From positions 124,001 to 188,000 of the forward strand of contig NMRA01000613.1 in the NCBI GenBank assembly GCA_002633005.1: a stretch of 64,000 nt of DNA, read 5' to 3'. The position numbers were made by a program, and so were the translations under genes. The notes beneath the pieces are model-generated. The model saw nothing but the letters and a program-made list of their open reading frames with translations. It was not told where the DNA came from and did not search any database. The DNA is from Phoronis australis. Its lineage: Eukaryota > Animalia > Phoronida. Shown piece by piece: positions 27,321-39,820 of the stretch. Each line of letters starts with the position of its first letter. Within the stretch, counting starts at the first letter, position 1.

Positions 27321-30300
27321 CTGGGGAGTATTCCCACACAGAACACGAGAACCAACATCTTGAGGAAGAGCTGTCTCAAAAGATCACAGCGCTCAAGTCT
27401 GTAAGTAGCTTACCATTGACTTCTATTAAAGCGGCAGAAACTCACCTTCCATCATCAAAAGCAACTTTTAATTTAGATCACTCAGTGTTATGAAACTGGT
27501 CTCAAATTGTTTCATAGTCAAGTTTTAGGTAATTTACTTTAGAGCTTTTGAATAACTAGTAATTATTATAATTGCTTTAGATCAGGCTCTACACGTTGGT
27601 TTGTCACGTGTCATTTTTATGCGCTGTGCACGTTAGCAAGGATTAACGAACTGCTAGTCCTTCGCAAACCCAAGACTGACTTCTTGTCTGAGTAAGGAGC
27701 ACGTTGAAACCTATTTTGCAGCATAGGTGATCTACCTTACATCAGATGTTCAATTTGGAGATGGAGCACATCAAGCTTATAGTAACTTTAAGTTACATTT
27801 CACTCTGTTCAACTGGCTGTAAAATGAAAATCAAATTAAGGCATTTACTCACATCAAGTCTGTCTCATGATATTCCTTTGTGACAGGATTGTATTGTATT
27901 ATCAATAAGAACGTCAAGCGTGTGGGCGACTCAAAGTAAATACAGGCTTTGCCAATCCTGATGCCACTGGTGTTAGTGAGTCGCAATGTGGACAAAAAAT
28001 GAAAAGCGGACTCAGGTGCGATGAATCATTCTTCACTTATCGGACTTGTATCAGAAATGTTACTGTGTTAGCGCCCATGTACATGTATTTGGAAAAGTAG
28101 ATTAATTATTGGCTGTCTCCCTCTCATGTGTAACTGTGGCTCGGCTGTTCGAAGTAACATGGTTTGTTTGGTTCGTATTAATTGGCAGCAACTTCTTTTT
28201 GATTAACATGACATCATTTTGATATTTTGAACCCAATCGAATATAATAGAATCATTATGTCAAAATTTAAAACGATAATTAGCCCAGAGTTACTAATTAT
28301 TACCGACTATGTACCTGGTCAATCTTTTCAACATAGGTTTGTAAAAGTGGTAAAACGCCCCTTTGGTTATCTGAATGGAGAAAAATACAAGACATGCATT
28401 TTTTTTTAAATGTAATGTGTTTGTGACTTTTTAGTCGTATTTGTAGGTCTAAAACAGGTCATAATGTTGGCAGATATGCCATCATTAAACAGAATCTTTC
28501 TGACGCTGTTTGAAACCAACTGTTTCATGCCGAAGTCATTAATGTTGGCATTTTCTCCATTTCAGCTGACAATTGACATTGGAAATGAAGTGAGAGAACA
28601 AAATAAGTATTTAAAAACGATGGTAAGTATGCTGTTTGGTTCAAATGAAAAGTTATTACTCTATGTGTTTAGCGTATTTCTTTGTCAATTCTGACTCGCT
28701 TTCATCTCAGTCATCATTTTCCTACAGAGAGCGAACATCATGTAGTAATTTGACCTATTTATTCTTAAAATATGTTATTTCTATATTGTTTGTTGCCTGC
28801 GTGATATTGCACTCATGCATGAAACCTCGTATAAATTCAAACGTAGAATTGACCGTGTGATGTTAGAGAACATTATCTTGTAGTGACATGCTTGACACAC
28901 AAAATCTTTACCTAAACAGCTAGTTGTCCCTGAGCAGCTTTCCCTAGTTACAGTACAGTACACACTAAAAACTGGTGGGACAAAAATTCTGTTGCCTGTG
29001 ATGACGGGTTATAACTTGTCATTCCGTACGGTCAATTTCACTTGCAATCTGTTATTACGGCGTTGAATTCAACCCCCGCTCAGTCGAAGTGATAGACAAT
29101 TCGGCGTCATTTTGTCCAATGGAGAGATCCAAATACACTAGGTGGCACTAGTGAAACAATGATGCTGCATTTGAGTTTTCATGTGGGACACTCATCAAAC
29201 CAGCATAGTCATGATGGTAGACAGCTTTCTGTTATCAATCTATTTATGTGTTAGAGAGAGGACCCTTTCCATATCGGCATCACTGAGTGACCATCGAGTC
29301 GTCCATTATTTTTGGCGTGCCTTAGTATTGTATACAAGCAGTTGCGAGTCAATGGCGAATTTACGGGTAGTTCAGGGGTATTACACCCCTTCTTGAATAA
29401 TGACTAGCAAAAAAAAAACTGACTACAAACCAACACGATTTGTGCAGTAATCTCCTATTGCTGAAATAAAAGATGTGTCCACTGAAGTGTCGCCATGGGG
29501 ACAAACATTGCAAGCGGGGGCCTGTTTCATTAAAACTGACTTAAGACAGAAATTTGTCTTGTGCTCCGCAGTACTGCCAGTTACTAAGATAATTTATGTA
29601 AATTATTTCTAGAGGGTGACGCACTTATAATGGCTAAACGTTTTTTCGTTAATTGTGAAGTGTGAGCACAAGAACAAATTTCTGTCTCTTTTTTACGATT
29701 AAAAAGTCGCTTTTTTGAAACAGATCTCAGTGTGACTATTTACCTTAAACACTTTCTTGATGTTCTTCAACTTGTGTGTGCTCAATTTCTTCCTGTCCAA
29801 ACTCTTGTGTAAGCGTTGGCTTTGCTTAGACGTTAATAGTTACTATAAAACTGGGTACATAGGGCCATGCCCTTATATTCGAAAGTTGTTTACATTCTAG
29901 CCTGAAAAAATCAATTTGAATATGATATTCACAACTCACCTGTTATGCTTTTTGTGTCTTTTTCTGTTATTTATTCAATATCTTCACGGAATGCTTTGAG
30001 CGTACAAATGTTTTGTCAACTTTCTCATTTCTTATTCTTATGGTCATGGGTGGTTGTGTGGCACCAAACTTGAGACAATTATTCTTGCTGGCTTTATATC
30101 CTATAAAGCTAGCCAGGTCTTATGCAGCAGCTTTTGTGTTATGTGCTCTGCTATTGAGAAGTGTTAGATCATGCTGAGTACTTTAATTTTTTCGCTTGGA
30201 CAGTGCAATGCGCAGCTTTTTGTTATCACTTATATTCGTTAATCAGTTAATCCAAAGCAAAATGTTCCAGAGTCATGTGACCACGATGTAACTCGCCACA

Positions 30301-30643
30301 TGGATACAATAGTTGTTACCTTGGCTAGAGCATTGTATGTAAAGTAAAGCTTGTTGTATCTCTTTAGACCGAAGAATATATCTGAGTAAGACAAAATGCT
30401 GCCTTGGTGAAACTTTTGTCTTAGTTGAGCAAAGATCAGATTTATGCATGTCTGACTTACACCAGTCTCTGTTGCACTTCATTTCAGGATGACGACTTTG
30501 ATTCCTCGGGGGGACTCTTGAAGTCAACCATGGGTCGACTCATCAACATGAGTAAAGCTGGTCATAACAGATATCTATTGTACTTGTTTTTATTTGCTAT
30601 ATTTGTTTTTGTTGTATGCTGGTTTATAATTAAGTTTAGATAG
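27321..30643 (+). CDS. BET1: BET1 Golgi vesicular membrane trafficking protein (Qc-SNARE); three coding exons found, first short exon not located
   Basis: Exons are 27321-27400 (xGEYSHTEHENQHLEEELSQKITALKS), 28566-28622 (LTIDIGNEVREQNKYLKTM) and 30488-30643 (DDDFDSSGGLLKSTMGRLINMSKAGHNRYLLYLFLFAIFVFVVCWFIIKFR*). All have AG/GT boundaries in phase, giving a SNARE coiled coil plus a C-terminal TM anchor of BET1 type. Confidence 0.93.
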
Positions 30644-32501
30644 TCAACTGAGGGGATTTTGTGGGGAGGGGGGGGGGGGGGNCGACATGTAGTAGTTAGA
30701 GGCGTAACTGTCATATCTGTGTTAAGTGTAACCCCCTTACTGATCCAATTGGGTTTGGCCGAAAAGCAAAATTCGTGCGAGCCTCTTATTGAAAATTAGT
30801 GTAGTGATGTGGTTGTGACTCAAAACTGCACTACATACCTTTCGAAACCCGATCTTAATGAACAGGGTCGTAAAATAGATGATCGACACTAACTTGCTGT
30901 CCTAGATAAAGTTGTATAGGGTTTGAAAAAAGAGCTTTGGCAAAAGTGATTTGGGCAATTGTTTTTCAAATGGTGAGGTGTGATTAATTTTGTTGTCCAT
31001 ATTTTGATACACATAATATATTTGTCTGCTCAATCCGAGTTGACCTCAGTAGCTCATAAAACAGCAAAATCAGTTGTTAGTTGTTAAGGTAGAGGTCTGG
31101 CATTGATGTTTGAAACATTTGTAAGTAGTATACCACAGTATTGATGTTTACTGTGTGATCATCCGACTAAATTAGTCTCTGAAATCTGCCGTTTTAGTGA
31201 AGTTAAATGTATCGACCAGTTTTAAAATATTACGTTGGATCAGCCAGTTGTCTTAAACCGTACTCTTAAAGTGATGTTATACCTATGCTTTCTATCAAGA
31301 AGAGTTGGATTTAGGTCACCGACCATTACAAAATTGGTCGCATTTTGTACATTACTCTGCGTAGAAATGATCTCTGAGTTTGGGAAGAACTGACAGTTGC
31401 GTAATTTTGTTCGACCAAGCTCATTAAATTTCACTGAATAACTGTCAGTTCCTCTGAAGTCGTTAAATCACCTCAAATTGAACTAAGGAACCATGAGAAA
31501 CCAATTTCATAACAAACTTTTTTGTGGTAGTACTAGTAGGATTTCTGACCTCTTTAAGAGGGCTTGGTGTTTGTTGTTCACCAAGCAGTCTAAGTGAACA
31601 GCTCAAGTCAAATTCTGTGTGGTAAATGTAGATGACATAAGCAAAGAACTTCAACAAAAGCTTTAAAAATCCATAGGCTACACTATAGGATAATTTTGAC
31701 ACAAAGTTTTATATGTTGTGCAATTACAAGTTATAATAAAGATGAGGAATTTAGGCAGTGTTTGCATCAAGTGCAAAGAGGATTATGGATAGTGGTGCCC
31801 TTCTTCCACCAATGAAACACATACCTAAGGAAAGATATCTAGGGCTTGGAATTTCCTGTTTTAGGAGGATTTCCTCTTTTTGGTTTTGATTTCCTATTAT
31901 TTTATTTCCAATTTCCACTTACTTGCTACCTTTCTTTGCCATCATTTTGACTTTATTCATGCAAAAGAACTTTCTTGCAGTTAAATTTTACAACACAAAA
32001 ATGTTTCTATCACGTAACCCTATTTATTTGTAGAATGATACATGACCTAAAAAAATTCCTCAGTATTTTTTGTCATGGGTCTCAAAGCCGTGGATTTTCA
32101 TTGCAGGTTTTGCTCTTCTGGTATGGGCACACATCAGTTTTTGTCTGTTGGTGTATGGCCAATGAAGTTTACATTTACAAAGTCAATTGATTTTAATGGT
32201 AATTTGTTTTCAGATGTCTTTGGTAAATGACTTTCTAAACCACTCTGAGCTGGTGGCGTGTTACAACTATTACCAAAATCTCCTTGTCTATTTACACTGA
32301 CCTCTTGTCTAATTACATCCCTGCTCGTTCTTCTAAGAATGCAGGAGCACCTGACGATGGCCGGAGAATAGACAAACCGAAGCATCATGGCAATGTAAGT
32401 AGATAAGAGGTCGGTGTAAATACATGTAGACCAAAAGATTTTAATTGTAGTCTTGGGTTAATACAAGGCAGATAATCACTGTTATGTATTTGTACATAGA
32501 T

Positions 32502-32507
32502 AATAAA
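32502..32507 (+). terminator. Candidate BET1 polyadenylation signal (alternative AATAAA at about 31735)
   Basis: AATAAA preceded by TGTA motifs and followed by a T-rich downstream element. Confidence 0.4.
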
Positions 32508-35500
32508 AAGATTATTTGAAACTCAATGACTATTCTTTGTTTTTTCATTTACAGTTGTATAGGTTGTGTGATCTCTGGCAGGCATAGGAGTTCCACAAAT
32601 AGAAGTTGGAGAAGAGATGTGTTAATGTAGATTTACCCAGAAGTACAGTTGCATTTCACTTCTAGTTCCATTTTTAGTCTTGCCGAGTGCCGAGTGCTGG
32701 TCAATGGCAAAGTTGTGAATCCTTTGAGGTGAACTGCACCAAAAGAAGTACTGTTATCAAGACGCGTGAAAATTAGTACGTCATCGAATATTGTCTGAAA
32801 ACATTGAAACATCTTGTAAAAACGCAAATGATTGCATTTTAGTTGAAGGTATTGGCTTTATCTGAAAGAAACTGTTACTAAGAAATTTATCAAAGAACCC
32901 GTGGACTACACTGTAAGGTATTGCATTCAACAGTAAATGTAAAACGAACGTGGCTCGTATTTGCATGAAATATTTCAAAACTGGCATTAAATAACATGTT
33001 GAAATGTACCCCCATCTAAAGTAGGTGTCTACCAGTTGGAAAATCACAATCTAGTATTATTCATAATTTTCAATAGATGATTCGGAAAACTGAACCTTAT
33101 ACAATTTGGCAATGAGAACTGCCTGTTTGCGAACTATGAATGTACGTTTCTTGCACGTGAAAATTTGACTTACCGTAATGCGTGAGCACGGAAGTGATTG
33201 GACCATATGACTGAACTGACGCCACACAGCGCAGCGTACGAAGGTATTCTTCTAAGAACGAAGTCAGCGCGTTGCATAACTTTAGAAAAAGTACGCGTTG
33301 AGTAAGCACCTTCAAACGTGCAGAAATGTACTCGTTTAAGAACCCTTTGGTGTATACACTGACTATCGTTGGCCAAATGGGTCGTGAACTCTAAGTACGC
33401 CGTTAAACGTGCGCAAGTTACATGTACTTCTTGTTACAGGCGTAAAACAATTATTTAGAGGCGTACAGCAGGCCCGTAGCCAGCATTGCGCGAGGGGTGG
33501 TTCGAGTTTCTTGAACGCTGGACCTTTGATATTTTGCAAACGTCGACACTGTCAGTAATTTCCTCAGTTGACGCAACTTTATTATAGGGGAAGGAGATTT
33601 GTATACTGGTACTCAGCGATGGTTCTCGGCTCTGTTTCTACATTTGGCGGAATTGTAAATACCCGTGCCGTGACGGTTTTACGTTGCTCGCAAAAAACAG
33701 GATGTAATGTGTGGTGCAGAACTTTCACGCGTTACCTCAGTGACGGATTTAGAGGGGGCCAAGGGGGGGGGGGCCATGTCCCGCCCTAAAATTCTCCCAG
33801 ATTCCATTTGGCAGTTCGGAGTGTGAATGTTTGACGGGCAATACCCTGGCGTATACTCTGCCCTGGCCCACGTAACTCAAAGTATCAGCCACAGCACTTA
33901 TAGTTCGAGTTTGTGAAAATCGATAGGCTCACTACTAATATAACAACCATGGTGCAGACCCGTACAGGAAGGGCATATCACACTCCCGATGTTGCAATCC
34001 AGGGGAGGCACACTGTAAAAACTTTTCAAATTTCATTAGTAGTTTTTTACTGTTTTTCAGATAGGCAAATGTCGTTAAGTGAAAGTTGTTATTTGGTGAA
34101 CGGGTGATTTTCTTTACTTCAGCCTGCAACTAAAGTCACTGAAGCATAACCAGTTCCTAATCCGATGGCGCCAAAAATATATATCGATTTTAGTATTTAC
34201 ATAGGCCTAGATGCCAGTCAGAAACCAACGTGCACTCTCTCCATGAGGGCATCTTACGGGCCTAATCAATAAGAACCCGAAAAGATTGGCCGCTTTGGAT
34301 GCCATCCATGGACTGGGCAACTCAGCATGAAAGAATCCTAATGATTGCTAAAAAAATTCAAATAAATGATCGTTCCTTTTTGATCGAGTTTAGGCCTAAT
34401 GAGAATTTCTGATGCGTGTGTGTAGAAAAGTTTGATTAAGTTTGTAAATCGCGCCTCTGTTAACATGGGCGGCACAGCACTGAAAAAGTGTGGGGAGAGA
34501 TATAGCCCCCAGCCCCCTATGTTGCGCCGCATATGCTGTACTCTGAAAAAAAAATTTTTTGGATGCTAAATGTAAATGCTTGCGTATGTGACTATGCGTA
34601 CAGTAATCATGTAATGTATTACATATATATATATGTACTGTGGGCCGATGGCCTCGAGTGCAAATAAATGAAATGAAAGTAAATTTCCGAAAAAAGGAAA
34701 TGAGCAGCAATTGAATGCTGTATGCCAGGTTTTCAATTTTTATCACTTTATAAACAATCTCGAGAATATACAAAAGGAATGCGACAGACGGCTCCATTAT
34801 CCGTTTAGAGAAATACAATTTTACATTCATTAAAATTGTCTTCTGGAATTTAAAAGGCTATGACCATGCTATGCAAAAATTGCGCTTTGAAAATATATTA
34901 TATGAATAATAAAATGCACGTTTTCAAGTGAATTTAAATGATGTATGCTGCAAATTTGAGGTCGATGACCTGACCAGAGCCTTTAAATGGTAAATCAAGC
35001 ACTGGTGGTTGACAAAGTTTTTCTTAAATTTCCTCTCTTCTCCATGTTTCATTGTGATTCTTCTTTCGTCTGCCCTCGGCCCCAGTTCATCCCTGAAACC
35101 CCCAAGAGGGCCATGCTCCCAAATTATCCCGGACTCCATTTGGCAGTTCGGGGGTGCGAATGTCTAACGGGCAAAATCCTGGCTAATATTCTACCCGCCT
35201 CCCCCCAACTCAAAACCCTGGATCCGTCCTTGCTTATGATTGGCTAGAGTAATTATGTTGTCCAATGAGAATGATGGTTACCTAACCTGATGACCTGTCT
35301 CATAATATTACGAGTTTGCTGTTAATGAGTAAACCCAACTTTAAACAACAATAACTTAATTTGCAATTTTGAGCGTGGTAACCCGCCCACCCCCAAACAT
35401 ACTGTGATGTATTGAGATAACCCTGACATGTGTTACTTGCGGCTTCTAACATGACTTTGCCACTAAAACTTAATTTAGATGACTTCTCAAGAATTGGCCG

Positions 35501-35819
35501 TCTGACTACAGAGTGAACTTAACGTCGGCTTGTATTTAAAAGAAACGGAAACGTGGGCCTACACCAGTGTGCATGCATGCATGTCAATGCAACAATCCAC
35601 AATGGAAGGGACACTGGATGAAGAACAACATACATGTATTTGACAAACATCGTCTTAAAAATGAAAATGTCTAGTGCACTTTCAATATTGCTATCAAGTA
35701 TCAGATAAGAAACCTATTTCTGCTGTTTTGTTTCTTGGCCGATTTTAAAGGCATATTCACGCTGCATTACACTTGGGGAGCTCTCTCGGTGATAGGTAGC
35801 CACAGTTGTGTGTTCAACG

Positions 35820-36896
35820 CATAGGCGGATTTAGGGGGGGGGGGGCCAGGGGGCCCGGCCCCCCCNNNNNNNNNNNNNNNNNNNNNNNNNNNNNNNNNNN
35901 NNNNNNNNNNNNNNNNNNNNNNNNNNNNNNNNNNNNNNNNNNNNNNNNNNNNNNNNNNNNNNNNNNNNNNNNNNNNNNNNNNNNNNNNNNNNNNNNNNNN
36001 NNNNNNNNNNNNNNNNNNNNNNNNNNNNNNNNNNNNNNNNNNNNNNNNNNNNNNNNNNNNNNNNNNNNNNNNNNNNNNNNNNNNNNNNNNNNNNNNNNNN
36101 NNNNNNNNNNNNNNNNNNNNNNNNNNNNNNNNNNNNNNNNNNNNNNNNNNNNNNNNNNNNNNNNNNNNNNNNNNNNNNNNNNNNNNNNNNNNNNNNNNNN
36201 NNNNNNNNNNNNNNNNNNNNNNNNNNNNNNNNNNNNNNNNNNNNNNNNNNNNNNNNNNNNNNNNNNNNNNNNNNNNNNNNNNNNNNNNNNNNNNNNNNNN
36301 NNNNNNNNNNNNNNNNNNNNNNNNNNNNNNNNNNNNNNNNNNNNNNNNNNNNNNNNNNNNNNNNNNNNNNNNNNNNNNNNNNNNNNNNNNNNNNNNNNNN
36401 NNNNNNNNNNNNNNNNNNNNNNNNNNNNNNNNNNNNNNNNNNNNNNNNNNNNNNNNNNNNNNNNNNNNNNNNNNNNNNNNNNNNNNNNNNNNNNNNNNNN
36501 NNNNNNNNNNNNNNNNNNNNNNNNNNNNNNNNNNNNNNNNNNNNNNNNNNNNNNNNNNNNNNNNNNNNNNNNNNNNNNNNNNNNNNNNNNNNNNNNNNNN
36601 NNNNNNNNNNNNNNNNNNNNNNNNNNNNNNNNNNNNNNNNNNNNNNNNNNNNNNNNNNNNNNNNNNNNNNNNNNNNNNNNNNNNNNNNNNNNNNNNNNNN
36701 NNNNNNNNNNNNNNNNNNNNNNNNNNNNNNNNNNNNNNNNNNNNNNNNNNNNNNNNNNNNNNNNNNNNNNNNNNNNNNNNNNNNNCTCCCCCCATTCGGT
36801 GCTATGCGCATCTACAATCGTGGTTCAGTTTGCGCAAATGTTTACAGCCGGACAAAATGTTGCCCCCCCCCTTGTGATATCCTAGATCCGCCACTG
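35820..36896. mobile_element. Nested MITE spanning the N gap; CA..GGCGGAT.TAGG TIRs and a perfect 5-bp TSD CAACG
   Basis: caacg|cataggcggatttagg ... cctagatccgccactg|caacg. The interior is mostly unsequenced (35866-36785). Confidence 0.75.
35866..36785. other. Assembly gap (N run)
   Basis: Continuous Ns flanked by G/C homopolymers. Confidence 1.
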
Positions 36897-37142
36897 CAAC
36901 GTCAATGAATAATAAAAATCTCCTCTAATCGTCTTCATGTGCACGATCCTGTCATCTACGCGAACACCACATGAGAAGCAAATTCTAACCAACTTAGTTA
37001 TCACTGTAGTTATAGTAGTACTAGTAGCTGCAATGATTTTGTTGTCCTTTTCCGTGCGGGTGGGATTCGTTTGAACCCCCAACCCCCCTCCCCGGCTACG
37101 TTCCTGTACAGTACATTATACACTTCGTAAAGTAACCTTTAA

Positions 37143-37337
37143 CGGCGTTAAGTAATTATTTGCAGCGTAAAATAAATATTTGCGGCGTAAAGTAATTATT
37201 TCAGTTGCACCGTACGTAAAATAGGCCTACGAATTACGCCACAAATAATTACTTTACGCCTCTAAATAATTACTTTACGCCTCTAAATAATTACTTTACG
37301 CCTCTAAATAATTACTTTACGCCTCAAACAAAATTAC
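37143..37337. repeat. Inverted array of 20-21-bp units (tttacgcctctaaataattac) just upstream of the ACCS-like promoter
   Basis: About 3 units in one orientation (37143-37201) and about 5 in the opposite orientation (37234-37337). A matching unit lies at 33439-33465 on the far side of the composite insertion. Confidence 0.8.
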
Positions 37338-37369
37338 CTCAGGCACGTTACTGAACCGCGTAACGAGCT

Positions 37370-37500
37370 CTCCGTGACGTCAGCTTGTGAGGCACGGGCA
37401 ATGAGCAATATAACATAGTTACATTTATCTCATTGGGCCCGCGACGGCGGAAAGTTGACGTTTTGCAATAATGAACAACAGGGGGCGCAACCGGAGTAGC
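37370..37500 (+). promoter_or_regulatory. CpG-rich proximal promoter of the ACCS-like gene with a CRE (TGACGTCA 37375-37382), a reverse CCAAT box and a CTCF-like CAGGGGGCGC
   Basis: Motifs read directly from the sequence 140-270 bp upstream of the ATG at 37640. Activity is unproven. Confidence 0.45.
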
Positions 37501-37639
37501 AATGGGGAAAACTCGCGTGTGTCTATAGACTGGAGCAATTCGTGTCTGTGAATGATTAGAAAGAATGACTTGAAAATTGAATAATACTTGACCTTTTAGC
37601 ACCTAGGCCATAGAAAGCAGATCTGTGGTAGAAGTAAGG

Positions 37640-39783
37640 ATGGCGTCCGGCGGTCTGTCAGCTAGATGTTCGGGAACTGTTGATAAACAGAGCTTTTTAA
37701 CAGAGACATTCTCATCTGTTTCAACTAATGAATACGATCCAGCAGTGGCACAAACGGTTAGTAGGCCTACAGTTGGAATACTGGTTAGTTATAGGCAGGC
37801 GTAGTTGGTGCACCAACCTGCTTTAAGTAGTACTGAATGTTTCCCTAGGCTAGGACGATTGTCAAAGGAAGAGCTGTCACACTGGTAAAGGTAGTTCTCA
37901 CCAAGTTTTCAACAAAGATTTCGAGGCAACCATTTGCATGGGCTGTATTTTGGATCGCTAGGCCTACCTCTAGCTTTGAAAGGTATCAGTTGATGTATCA
38001 ATTATTTTCCTAGGATGAACATTTTTTTCACAATTGATCAAAATGTTCTCTGATTGTACGTCCGTCACAAATGGAATTGCTCATACTTATGGGTCACTTT
38101 TGAAGACCTGTGGGTCATTAATTCGTGTCGGCCACATGGGGTTATGTTAATTTTATTGCATGCTTTTTGCTTGTGCTTAACTCTCTCTAGGATTGTGTAG
38201 TTCTACCTGTTTCCCTCATTTCCTTTCTAAAATTTATAGTCGCTTTTTCGTTTCCATGACTTTCATACATGTAGCCAACGGACATTGGCCTTAAATACCG
38301 GTACTTGATAAAACAAGTTTTGTAAATGTGCAATGGTTGCTCTAACTGATCTTACTGTTTCTTACTTTTTGTAAAAATCCTACTTTTTGTGAAAAGCTGT
38401 TGGAGGCCTGGATGAAAAGATCGAGGCCTTCATAATATATTTTCCGTATATTTGGAAACTTGGCATTGTTTGATACACTTACAGTGTAATATCTGTGTTT
38501 TATTGTGTGGTGTCTGTGGTTGTCTTTGGAACTGAGATAGTTATGTGGAGACTTTCCTAATTACTTATGTTACACCGCTGGACAAGACAGTGTACATAAT
38601 ATTTTGTTTTAAATAATTTTACGGCAGCATCTTTCGTACTACTACTAGTACTATACTGCAGCAGCAGCTGCTTGCATTGAGTTTAATGTTTTACCATTTG
38701 CTTGGATCGAATGTTTTGTAATTGGTGCGCGCAGTAATTATTCTTGTGGCTAGACGACATGTGATAGCGGACCCAGTTTAATGCGTTAGTTGACCTGACG
38801 CAGGCAAACACAGTGCATTAATGAAATTTTTTTATGTCACTGACGTGGCTCGGCCCTAAAAATTCCCTGATGTATGCTAGCCGTGATACATGTAGTTGAC
38901 TCACTAGAACTGAATGTTATCTTGTTATTAAAGCTGCCTTTCACCTGCTTTACCGCGTTGAAAATAAAAGTCGAATTAGGCCTTCTGCTGTCATAGAATC
39001 TGTCTGCGCAGGACGCTCACCCTTTTAACCTAACATTTTTAAGGAAGAAAAACGGTCTATGACCAATGTTGCTCACTTACCAAGTTATATTTTAATTTCA
39101 TTGCATTTGTAAACATGGGGGTACGTACACTACATCACTGTTTCTGCATCACATGGTATCATAACGTTGTATGGCCATTTATTTTTCTTTGATGATAATA
39201 AGCACCATGTTGTTATTAAAAAGGCAATAATTTAATTTGCAGTGCCTATTTGTGTTACTGAATTCCACATGGGGGTACGTACACTACATTTTGTAATTTT
39301 TGGCCCATTTTCAACATAGCAGAACCCAGTCAATATCCAAACTTTTGGTTTGTTTAGATATTGAATAATTTGCAGCATAACTTGTTATGGTTTTTATTTT
39401 ATTAAATAGGTAACAGGTTGCTACCGCTTAATAATGCCAAGTATCGGCTTTTTAACATAAAACATAGCATAGCAGGTCGGAGCAAAAGTTACACATTGAT
39501 TCCAACACAACAGCAACTTGACGTGTATTCCTTTAGGTCTCTTCTTATTTATACTTTAGCACGGTAAGAATTCTTTTATAAGAATATTTTAGTGTCTTGA
39601 ATTTTCCAAAAGCTTAATTAGCATTTCTTTACAAACACGAGACAGCAACAGAAAACAATATGATCATTAAGTTAACATTTTGTTTAATTTACATTTTATG
39701 AAATTCACAAATTTGCTTCACATTTTACACAGCATATGTTGGTCATGCTTTCCTGAGTACTTTTTACTGCTGTTGCTGCTGCT

Positions 39784-39820
<37 letters not shown>

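Larger units (their letters stand above)
33469..37106. mobile_element. Composite DNA-transposon insertion with CAGG(C/A)(C/A)CGTAGCC TIRs and a perfect 5-bp TSD TACAG; carries nested MITEs
   Basis: tacag|caggcccgtagccag ... ccggctacgttcctg|tacag. Nested termini are visible at 33738, 34464-34535, about 35232 and 35820-36896. Confidence 0.7.

Noticed and set aside
24539-36885. Long X-containing ORFs at 24.5-24.8 kb and 35.8-36.9 kb
   Set aside because: Artefacts of translating N gaps.
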